This document shows, in pieces, positions 13,001-24,918 of a DNA stretch of 53,588 nucleotides (position 1 is the stretch's first letter; each line of letters begins with the position of its first letter). Location of the stretch: contig JAYWIR010000162.1 in NCBI GenBank assembly GCA_036172245.1, positions 1 to 53,588 of the forward strand, in the 5' to 3' direction. The translations under genes were made by a program, and so were the position numbers. The notes under the pieces are model-generated. The model was not told the DNA's origin and did not search any database. It saw nothing but the letters and a program-made list of their open reading frames with translations. This DNA is from Raillietiella orientalis. Taxonomy: Eukaryota.

Positions 13001-15186
13001 TATTTTTGCAAAGGACAGATGAAGTTTTTTTCTGTCCATCTTCCTATTTTCAGTGCAAATTTGCAGTGTCTGCTGATAAATAATCAATTTCTATAATGTC
13101 GATTACATCTTTAAGCTCCTTCCGAGCATCCGAACGGATTCCTTTCCCCGTGGATGCAACGGCACCTTTATCACATCCCCACTTCCTCGGAATCCCTTGC
13201 TCCACGAGAAGAAATCATAGGAGAACCGAACTAATTGCAAGATGGCAGGATTGGTGTTAGTCTGGTTCTCATGGCAATCATTTTTGAAAAGGACAGATGA
13301 AGTTTTTTTCTCTCCATCTTCCTATTTTCAGTGCAAATTTGCAGTGTCTGGTGATTTCAAGACAATTTCTATAATGTCGATTACATCTTTAAGCTCCTTC
13401 CGAGCATCCGAACGGATTCCTTTCCCCGTGGATGCAACGGCACCTTTATCACATCCCCGCTTCCTCGGAATCCCTTGCTCCAAGGGAAGAAATCATAGGA
13501 GAACCGAACTAATTGCAAGATGGCAGGATTGGTGTTAGTCTGGTTTTCATGGCAACCATTTTTGCAATGGAGAGATGAAGGTTTTTACCCTCCATCTTCC
13601 TTTTTTCAGTGCAAATTTGCAGTGTCTGGTGATTTCAAGACAATTTCTATAATTTCTATTACATCGTTCGGCTCCTTCCGAGCATCGGAACGGATTCTTT
13701 TCCCCGTGGATGCAAAGGCACCTTTATCACATCCCCACTTCCTGCGAATCTCTTGCTCCACGTGAAGAAATCATAGGAGAACCGAACTAATTGCAAGATG
13801 GAAGGACAGGTTTTAGTCTGGTTCTCATGGCAATTATTTTTGCAAAGGACAGATGAAGTTTTTTTCTGTCCATCTTCCTATTTTCAGTGCAAATTTGCAG
13901 TGTCTGCTGATAAATAATCAATTTCTATAATGTCGATTACATCTTTAAGCTCCTTCCGAGCATCCGAACGGATTCCTTTCCCCGTGGATGCAACGGCACC
14001 TTTATCACATCCCCACTTTCTCGGAATCACTTGCTCCACGAGAAGAAATCATAGGAGAACCGAACTAATTGCAAGATGGCAGGATTGGTGTTAGTCTGGT
14101 TCTCATGGCAATCATTTTTGAAGAGGACAGATGAAGTTTTTTTCTCTCCATCTTCCTATTTTCAGTGCAAATTTGCAGTGTCTGGTGATTTGAAGACAAT
14201 TTCTATAATGTCGATTACATCTTTAAGCTCCTTCCGAGCATCCGAACGGATTCCTTTCACCGTAGATGCAACGGCACCTTTATCACATCCCCGCTTCCTC
14301 GGAATCCCTTGCTCCAAGGGAAGAAATCATAGGAGAACCGAACTAATTGCAAGATGGCAGGACAGGTGTTAGTCTGGTTTTCATGGCAACCATTTTTGCA
14401 ATGGACAGATGAAGTTTTTACCCTCCATCTTCCTTTTTTCAGTGCAAATTTAGAGTGTCTGGTGATTTCAAGACAATCTCTATAATGTCTAATAGATCGT
14501 TCGGCTCCTTCCGAGCATCGGAACGGATTCTTTTCCCCGTGGATGCAAAGGCACCTTTATCACATCCCCACTTCCTGCGAATCTCTTGCTCCACGTGAAG
14601 AAATCATAGGAGAACCGAACTAATTTCAAGATGGCAGGATTGGTGTTAGTCTGGTTTTCATGGCAACCATTTTTGCAATGGAGAGATGAAGGTTTTTACC
14701 CTCCATCTTCCTTTTTTCAGTGCAAATTTGCAGTGTCTGCTGATATCTCATCAATTTCTATAATGTCGATTACATCTTTATGCTCCCTCCGAGCATTCGA
14801 ACGGATTCCTTTCCCCGTGGATGCAACGGTACCTTTATCACATCCCCACTTCCTCCGAATCTCTTGCTCCACGAGAAGAAATCATAGGAGAACCGAACTA
14901 ATTGCAAGATGGCAGGATTGGTGTTAGTCTGGTTCTCATGGCAATCATTTTTGAAAAGGACAGATGAAGTTTTTTTCTCTCCATCTTCCTATTTTCAGTG
15001 CAAATTTGCAGTGTCTGGTGATTTGAAGACAATTTCTATAATGTCGATTACATCTTTAAGCTCCTTCCGAGCATCCGAACGGATTCCTTTCACCGTGGAT
15101 GCAACGGCACCTTTATCACATCCCCGCTTCCTCGGAATCCCTTGCTCCAAGGGAAGAAATCATAGGAGAACCGAACTAATTGCAAG

Positions 15187-17408
15187 ATGGCAGGACAGGT
15201 GTTAGTCTGGTTTTCATGGCAACCATTTTTGCAATGGAGAGATGAAGTTTTTTTCTCTCCATCTTCCTATTTTCAGTGCAAATTTGCAGTGTCTGCTGAT
15301 AAATAATCAATTTCTATAATGTCGATTACATCTTTAAGCTTCTTCCGAGCATCCGAACGGATTCCTTTCCCCGTGGATGCAAAGGCACATTTATCACATC
15401 CCCACTTCCTGCGAATCTCTTGCTCCACGAGAAGAAATCATAGGAGAACCGAACTAATTTCAAGATGGCAGGATTGGTGTTAGTCTGGTTTTCATGGCAA
15501 CCATTTTTGCAATGGACAGATGAAGGTTTTTACCCTCCATCTTCCTTTTTTCAGTGCAAATTTGCAGTGTCTGCTGATATCTAATCAATTTCTATAATGT
15601 CGATTACATCTTTATGCTCCCTCCGAGCATTCGAACGGATTCCTTTCCCCGTGGATGCAAAGGCACCTTTATCACATCCCCACTTCCTCCGAATCTCTTG
15701 CTCCACGAGAAGAAATCATAGGAGAACCGAACTAATTGCAAGATGGCAGGATTGGTGTTAGTCTGGTTCTGATGGCAATCATTTTTGAAAAGGACAGATG
15801 AAGTTTTTTTCTCTCCATCTTCCTATTTTCAGTGCAAATTTGCAGTGTTTGGTGATTTGAAGACAATTTCTATAATGTCGATTACATCTCTAAGCTCCTT
15901 CCGAGCATCCGAACGGATTCCTTTCACCGTAGATGCAACGGCACCTTTATCACATCCCCGCTTCCTCGGAATCCCTTGCTCCAAGGGAAGAAATCATAGG
16001 AGAACCGAACTAATTGCAAGATGGCAGGACAGGTGTTAGTCTGGTTTTCATGGCAACCATTTTTGCAATGGACAGATGAAGTTTTTACCCTCCATCTTCC
16101 TTTTTTCAGTGCAAATTTGCAGTGTCTGGTGATTTCAAGACAATTTCTATAATTTCTATTACATCGTTCGGCTCCTTCCGAGCATCGGAACGGATTCTTT
16201 TCCCCGTGGATGCAAAGGCACCTTTATCACATCCCCACTTCCTGCGAATCTCTTGCTCCACGTGAAGAAATCATAGGAGAACCGAACTAATTGCAAGATG
16301 GAAGGACAGGTTTTAGTCTGGTTCTCATGGCAATTATTTTTGCAAAGGACAGATGAAGTTTTTTTCTGTCCATCTTCCTATTTTCAGTGCAAATTTGCAG
16401 TGTCTGCTGATAAATAATCAATTTCTATAATGTCGATTACATCTTTAAGCTCCTTCCGAGCATCCGAACGGATTCCTTTCCCCGTGGATGCAACGGCACC
16501 TTTATCACATCCCCACTTTCTCGGAATCACTTGCTCCACGAGAAGAAATCATAGGAGAACCGAACTAATTGCAAGATGGCAGGATTGGTGTTAGTCTGGT
16601 TCTCATGGCAATCATTTTTGAAGAGGACAGATGAAGTTTTTTTCTCTCCATCTTCCTATTTTCAGTGCAAATTTGCAGTGTCTGGTGATTTGAAGACAAT
16701 TTCTATAATGTCGATTACATCTTTAAGCTCCTTCCGAGCATCCGAACGGATTCCTTTCACCGTAGATGCAACGGCACCTTTATCACATCCCCGCTTCCTC
16801 GGAATCCCTTGCTCCAAGGGAAGAAATCATAGGAGAACCGAACTAATTGCAAGATGGCAGGACAGGTGTTAGTCTGGTTTTCATGGCAACCATTTTTGCA
16901 ATGGACAGATGAAGTTTTTACCCTCCATCTTCCTTTTTTCAGTGCAAATTTAGAGTGTCTGGTGATTTCAAGACAATCTCTATAATGTCTAATAGATCGT
17001 TCGGCTCCTTCCGAGCATCGGAACGGATTCTTTTCCCCGTGGATGCAAAGGCACCTTTATCACATCCCCACTTCCTGCGAATCTCTTGCTCCACGTGAAG
17101 AAATCATAGGAGAACCGAACTAATTTCAAGATGGCAGGATTGGTGTTAGTCTGGTTTTCATGGCAACCATTTTTGCAATGGAGAGATGAAGGTTTTTACC
17201 CTCCATCTTCCTTTTTTCAGTGCAAATTTGCAGTGTCTGCTGATATCTCATCAATTTCTATAATGTCGATTACATCTTTATGCTCCCTCCGAGCATTCGA
17301 ACGGATTCCTTTCCCCGTGGATGCAACGGTACCTTTATCACATCCCCACTTCCTCCGAATCTCTTGCTCCACGAGAAGAAATCATAGGAGAACCGAACTA
17401 ATTGCAAG
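15187..17408. repeat. 8-monomer higher-order repeat unit (C2-D-A2-B-C-A-B'-D', 2222 bp), copy 1
   Basis: The same order of diagnostic monomers recurs at 20753-22974. A looser copy follows at 17409-19640. Confidence 0.8.
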
Positions 17409-18605
17409 ATGGCAGGACAGGTGTTAGTCTGGTTCTCATGGCAATCATTTTTGCAAAGGACAGATGAAGTTTTTTTCTCTCCATCTTCCTATTTTCAGTG
17501 CAAATTTGCAGTGTCTGCTGATAAATAATCAATTTCTATAATGTCGATTACATCTTTAAGCTCCTTCCGAGCATCCGAACGGATTCCTTTCCCCGTGGAT
17601 GCAAAGGCACATTTATCACATCCCCACTTCCTGCGAATCTCTTGCTCCACGAGAAGAAATCATAGGAGAACCGAACTAATTTCAAGATGGCAGGATTGGT
17701 GTTAGTCTGGTTTTCATGGCAACCATTTTTGCAATGGACAGATGAAGGTTTTTACCCTCCATCTTCCTTTTTTCAGTGCAAATTTGCAGTGTCTGCTGAT
17801 ATCTAATCAATTTCTATAATGTCGATTACATCTTTATGCTCCCTCCGAGCATTCGAACGGATTCCTTTCCCCGTGGATGCAACGGCACCTTTATCACATC
17901 CCCACTTCCTCCGAATCTCTTGCTCCACGAGAAGAAATCATAGGAGAACCGAACTAATTGCAAGATGGCAGGACAGGTGTTAGTCTGGTTCTCATGGCAA
18001 TCATTTTTGAAAAGGACAGATGAAGTTTTTTTCTCTCCATCTTCCTATTTTCAGTGCAAATTTGCAGTGTCTGCTGATAAATAATCAATTTCTATAATGT
18101 CGATTACATCTTTAAGCTCCTTCCGAGCATCCGAACGGATTCCTTTCCCCGTGGATGCGAGCACCTTTATCACATCCCCGCTTCCTCGGAATCCCTTGCT
18201 CCAAGGGAAGAAATCATAGGAGAACCGAACTAATTGCAAGATGGCAGGACAGGTGTTAGTCTGGTTTTCATGGCAACCATTTTTGCAATGGACAGATGAA
18301 GTTTTTACCCTCCATCTTCCTTTTTTCAGTGCAAATTTGCAGTGTCTGGTGATTTCAAGACAATTTCTATAATTTCTATTACATCGTTCGGCTCCTTCCG
18401 AGCATCGGAACGGATTCTTTTCCCCGTGGATGCAAAGGCACCTTTATCACATCCCCACTTCCTGCGAATCTCTTGCTCCACGTGAAGAAATCATAGGAGA
18501 ACCGAACTAATTGCAAGATGGAAGGACAGGTTTTAGTCTGGTTCTCATGGCAATTATTTTTGCAAAGGACAGATGAAGTTTTTTTCTGTCCATCTTCCTA
18601 TTTTC

Positions 18606-18617
18606 GATCTTCCTATC
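18606..18617 (+). other. Unique 12-bp insertion GATCTTCCTATC in one monomer
   Basis: Monomer 18518-18807 is 290 bp. The normal CCTATTTTC|AGTGC is interrupted by a copy of the adjacent ATCTTCCTAT. Confidence 0.92.
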
Positions 18618-20752
18618 AGTGCAAATTTGCAGTGTCTGCTGATAAATAATCAATTTCTATAATGTCGATTACATCTTTAAGCTCCTTCCGAGCATCCGAA
18701 CGGATTCCTTTCCCCGTGGATGCAACGGCACCTTTATCACATCCCCACTTCCTCGGAATCACTTGCTCCACGAGAAGAAATCATAGGAGAACCGAACTAA
18801 TTGCAAGATGGCAGGATTGGTGTTAGTCTGGTTCTCATGGCAATCATTTTTGAAGAGGACAGATGAAGTTTTTTTCTCTCCATCTTCCTATTTTCAGTGC
18901 AAATTTGCAGTGTCTGGTGATTTGAAGACAATTTCTATAATGTCGATTACATCTTTAAGCTCCTTCCGAGCATCCGAACGGATTCCTTTCACCGTAGATG
19001 CAACGGCACCTTTATCACATCCCCGCTTCCTCGGAATCCCTTGCTCCAAGGGAAGAAATCATAGGAGAACCGAACTAATTGCAAGATGGCAGGACAGGTG
19101 TTAGTCTGGTTTTCATGGCAACCATTTTTGCAATGGACAGATGAAGTTTTTACCCTCCATCTTCCTTTTTTCAGTGCAAATTTAGAGTGTCTGGTGATTT
19201 CAAGACAATCTCTATAATGTCTAATAGATCGTTCGGCTCCTTCCGAGCATCGGAACGGATTCTTTTCCCCGTGGATGCAAAGGCACCTTTATCACATCCC
19301 CACTTCCTGCGAATCTCTTGCTCCACGTGAAGAAATCATAGGAGAACCGAACTAATTTCAAGATGGCAGGATTGGTGTTAGTCTGGTTTTCATGGCAACC
19401 ATTTTTGCAATGGAGAGATGAAGTTTTTTACCCTCCATCTTCCTTTTTTCAGTGCAAATTTGCAGTGTCTGCTGATATCTCATCAATTTCTATAATGTCG
19501 ATTACATCTTTATGCTCCCTCCGAGCATTCGAACGGATTCCTTTCCCCGTGGATGCAACGGTACCTTTATCACATCCCCACTTCCTCCGAATCCCTTGCT
19601 CCACGAGAAGAAATCATAGGAGAACCGAACTAATTGCAAGATGGCAGGATTGGTGTTAGTCTGGTTTTCATGGCAACCATTTTTGCAATGGACAGATGAA
19701 GTTTTTTACCCTCCATCTTCCTATTTTCAGTGCAAATTTGCAGTGTCTGCTGATAAATAATCAATTTCTATAATGTCGATTACATCTTTAAGCTCCTTTC
19801 GAGCATCCGAACGGATTCCTTTCCCCGTGGATGCAAAGGCACCTTTATCACATCCCCACTTCCTCGGAATCCCTTGCTCCAAGGGAAGAAATCATAGGAG
19901 AACCGAACTAATTTCAAGATGGCAGGATTGGTGTTAGTCTGGTTTTCATGGCAACCATTTTTGCAATGGACAGATGAAGTTTTTTACCCTCCATCTTCCT
20001 TTTTTCAGTGCAAATTTGCAGTGTCTGCTGATATCTAATTAATTTCTATAATGTCGATTACATCTTTAACCTCCTTTTGAGCATCCGAACGGATTCCTTT
20101 CCCCGTGGATGCAACGGCACCTTTATCACATCCCCACTTCCTCGGAATCCCTTGCTCCAAGGGAAGAAATCATAGGAGAACCGAACTAATTTCAAGATGG
20201 CAGGATTGGTGTTAGTCTGGTTTTCATGGCAACCATTTTTGCAATGGAGAGATGAAGGTTTTTACCCTCCATCTTCCTTTTTTCAGTGCAAATTTGCAGT
20301 GTCTGGTGATTTGAAGACAATTTCTATAATGTCGATTACATCTTTAAGCTCCTTCCGAGCATCCGAACGGATTCCTTTCCCCGTGGATGCAACGGCACCT
20401 TTATCACATCCCCACTTCCTCGGAATCCCTTGCTCCACGAGAAGAAATCATAGGAGAACCGAACTAATTTCAAGATGGCAGGATTGGTGTTAGTCTGGTT
20501 TTCATGGCAACCATTTTTGCAATGGAGAGATGAAGTTTTTTACCCTCCATCTTCCTTTTTTCAGTGCAAATTTGCAGTGTCTGCTGATAAATAATCAATT
20601 TCTATAATGTCGATTACATCTTTAAGCTCCTTCCGAGCATCCGAACGGATTCCTTTCCCCGTGGATGCAACGGCACCTTTATCACATCCCCACTTCCTCG
20701 GAATCCCTTGCTCCACGAGAAGAAATCATAGGAGAACCGAACTAATTTCAAG

Positions 20753-22974
20753 ATGGCAGGATTGGTGTTAGTCTGGTTTTCATGGCAACCATTTTTGCAA
20801 TGGAGAGATGAAGTTTTTTTCTCTCCATCTTCCTATTTTCAGTGCAAATTTGCAGTGTCTGCTGATAAATAATCAATTTCTATAATGTCGATTACATCTT
20901 TAAGCTTCTTGCGAGCATCCGAACGGATTCCTTTCCCCGTGGATGCAAAGGCACATTTATCACATCCCCACTTCCTGCGAATCTCTTGCTCCACGAGAAG
21001 AAATCATAGGAGAACCGAACTAATTTCAAGATGGCAGGATTGGTGTTAGTCTGGTTTTCATGGCAACCATTTTTGCAATGGACAGATGAAGGTTTTTACC
21101 CTCCATCTTCCTTTTTTCAGTGCAAATTTGCAGTGTCTGCTGATATCTAATCAATTTCTATAATGTCGATTACATCTTTATGCTCCCTCCGAGCATTCGA
21201 ACGGATTCCTTTCCCCGTGGATGCAAAGGCACCTTTATCACATCCCCACTTCCTCCGAATCTCTTGCTCCACGAGAAGAAATCATAGGAGAACCGAACTA
21301 ATTGCAAGATGGCAGGATTGGTGTTAGTCTAGTTCTGATGGCAATCATTTTTGAAAAGGACAGATGAAGTTTTTTTCTCTCCATCTTCCTATTTTCAGTG
21401 CAAATTTGCAGTGTTTGGTGATTTGAAGACAATTTCTATAATGTCGATTACATCTCTAAGCTCCTTCCGAGCATCCGAACGGATTCCTTTCACCGTAGAT
21501 GCAACGGCACCTTTATCACATCCCCGCTTCCTCGGAATCCCTTGCTCCAAGGGAAGAAATCATAGGAGAACCGAACTAATTGCAAGATGGCAGGACAGGT
21601 GTTAGTCTGGTTTTCATGGCAACCATTTTTGCAATGGACAGATGAAGTTTTTACCCTCCATCTTCCTTTTTTCAGTGCAAATTTGCAGTGTCTGGTGATT
21701 TCAAGACAATTTCTATAATTTCTATTACATCGTTCGGCTCCTTCCGAGCATCGGAACGGATTCTTTTCCCCGTGGATGCAAAGGCACCTTTATCACATCC
21801 CCACTTCCTGCGAATCTCTTGCTCCACGTGAAGAAATCATAGGAGAACCGAACTAATTGCAAGATGGAAGGACAGGTTTTAGTCTGGTTCTCATGGCAAT
21901 TATTTTTGCAAAGGACAGATGAAGTTTTTTTCTGTCCATCTTCCTATTTTCAGTGCAAATTTGCAGTGTCTGCTGATAAATAATCAATTTCTATAATGTC
22001 GATTACATCTTTAAGCTCCTTCCGAGCATCCGAACGGATTCCTTTCCCCGTGGATGCAACGGCACCTTTATCACATCCCCACTTTCTCGGAATCACTTGC
22101 TCCACGAGAAGAAATCATAGGAGAACCGAACTAATTGCAAGATGGCAGGATTGGTGTTAGTCTGGTTCTCATGGCAATCATTTTTGAAGAGGACAGATGA
22201 AGTTTTTTTCTCTCCATCTTCCTATTTTCAGTGCAAATTTGCAGTGTCTGGTGATTTGAAGACAATTTCTATAATGTCGATTACATCTTTAAGCTCCTTC
22301 CGAGCATCCGAACGGATTCCTTTCACCGTAGATGCAACGGCACCTTTATCACATCCCCGCTTCCTCGGAATCCCTTGCTCCAAGGGAAGAAATCATAGGA
22401 GAACCGAACTAATTGCAAGATGGCAGGACAGGTGTTAGTCTGGTTTTCATGGCAACCATTTTTGCAATGGACAGATGAAGTTTTTACCCTCCATCTTCCT
22501 TTTTTCAGTGCAAATTTAGAGTGTCTGGTGATTTCAAGACAATCTCTATAATGTCTAATAGATCGTTCGGCTCCTTCCGAGCATCGGAACGGATTCTTTT
22601 CCCCGTGGATGCAAAGGCACCTTTATCACATCCCCACTTCCTGCGAATCTCTTGCTCCACGTGAAGAAATCATAGGAGAACCGAACTAATTTCAAGATGG
22701 CAGGATTGGTGTTAGTCTGGTTTTCATGGCAACCATTTTTGCAATGGAGAGATGAAGGTTTTTACCCTCCATCTTCCTTTTTTCAGTGCAAATTTGCAGT
22801 GTCTGCTGATATCTCATCAATTTCTATAATGTCGATTACATCTTTATGCTCCCTCCGAGCATTCGAACGGATTCCTTTCCCCGTGGATGCAACGGTACCT
22901 TTATCACATCCCCACTTCCTCCGAATCACTTGCTCCACGAGAAGAAATCATAGGAGAACCGAACTAATTGCAAG
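20753..22974. repeat. 8-monomer higher-order repeat unit, copy 2
   Basis: Near-identical to 15187-17408. ORF-track landmarks are offset by a constant 5566 bp (15785/21351, 16576/22142, 17131/22697). Confidence 0.8.
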
Positions 22975-24918
22975 ATGGCAGGATTGGTGTTAGTCTGGTT
23001 CTCATGGCAATCATTTTTGAAGAGGACAGATGAAGTTTTTTTCTCTCCATCTTCCTATTTTCAGTGCAAATTTGCAGTGTCTGGTGATTTGAAGACAATT
23101 TCTATAATGTCGATTACATCTTTAAGCTCCTTCCGAGCATCCGAACGGATTCCTTTCACCGTAGATGCAACGGCACCTTTATCACATCCCCGCTTCCTCG
23201 GAATCCCTTGCTCCAAGGGAAGAAATCATAGGAGAACCGAACTAATTGCAAGATGGCAGGACAGGTGTTAGTCTGGTTTTCATGGCAACCATTTTTGCAA
23301 TGGACAGATGAAGTTTTTACCCTCCATCTTCCTTTTTTCAGTGCAAATTTAGAGTGTCTGGTGATTTCAAGACAATCTCTATAATGTCTAATAGATCGTT
23401 CGGCTCCTTCCGAGCATCGGAACGGATTCTTTTCCCCGTGGATGCAAAGGCACCTTTATCACATCCCCACTTCCTGCGAATCTCTTGCTCCACGTGAAGA
23501 AATCATAGGAGAACCGAACTAATTTCAAGATGGCAGGATTGGTGTTAGTCTGGTTTTCATGGCAACCATTTTTGCAATGGAGAGATGAAGGTTTTTACCC
23601 TCCATCTTCCTTTTTTCAGTGCAAATTTGCAGTGTCTGCTGATATCTCATCAATTTCTATAATGTCGATTACATCTTTATGCTCCCTCCGAGCATTCGAA
23701 CGGATTCCTTTCCCCGTGGATGCAACGGTACCTTTATCACATCCCCACTTCCTCCGAATCACTTGCTCCACGAGAAGAAATCATAGGAGAACCGAACTAA
23801 TTGCAAGATGGCAGGATTGGTGTTAGTCTGGTTCTCATGGCAATCATTTTTGAAGAGGACAGATGAAGTTTTTTTCTCTCCATCTTCCTATTTTCAGTGC
23901 AAATTTGCAGTGTCTGGTGATTTGAAGACAATTTCTATAATGTCGATTACATCTTTAAGCTCCTTCCGAGCATCCGAACGGATTCCTTTCACCGTAGATG
24001 CAACGGCACCTTTATCACATCCCCGCTTCCTCGGAATCCCTTGCTCCAAGGGAAGAAATCATAGGAGAACCGAACTAATTGCAAGATGGCAGGATTGGTG
24101 TTAGTCTGGTTCTCATGGCAATCATTTTTGAAGAGGACAGATGAAGTTTTTTTCTCTCCATCTTCCTATTTTCAGTGCAAATTTGCAGTGTCTGGTGATT
24201 TGAAGACAATTTCTATAATGTCGATTACATCTTTAAGCTCCTTCCGAGCATCCGAACGGATTCCTTTCACCGTAGATGCAACGGCACCTTTATCACATCC
24301 CCGCTTCCTCGGAATCCCTTGCTCCAAGGGAAGAAATCATAGGAGAACCGAACTAATTGCAAGATGGCAGGACAGGTGTTAGTCTGGTTTTCATGGCAAC
24401 CATTTTTGCAATGGACAGATGAAGTTTTTACCCTCCATCTTCCTTTTTTCAGTGCAAATTTAGAGTGTCTGGTGATTTCAAGACAATCTCTATAATGTCT
24501 AATAGATCGTTCGGCTCCTTCCGAGCATCGGAACGGATTCTTTTCCCCGTGGATGCAAAGGCACCTTTATCACATCCCCACTTCCTGCGAATCTCTTGCT
24601 CCACGTGAAGAAATCATAGGAGAACCGAACTAATTTCAAGATGGCAGGATTGGTGTTAGTCTGGTTTTCATGGCAACCATTTTTGCAATGGAGAGATGAA
24701 GGTTTTTACCCTCCATCTTCCTTTTTTCAGTGCAAATTTGCAGTGTCTGCTGATATCTCATCAATTTCTATAATGTCGATTACATCTTTATGCTCCCTCC
24801 GAGCATTCGAACGGATTCCTTTCCCCGTGGATGCAACGGTACCTTTATCACATCCCCACTTCCTCCGAATCTCTTGCTCCACGAGAAGAAATCATAGGAG
24901 AACCGAACTAATTGCAAG
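22142..24918. repeat. Trimer higher-order repeat A-B'-D' (833 bp) x3, with one extra A monomer at 23808
   Basis: Copies lie at 22142-22974, 22975-23807 and 24086-24918. Landmarks 22142/22975/23808 and 22697/23530 show the 833-bp period. Confidence 0.88.
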
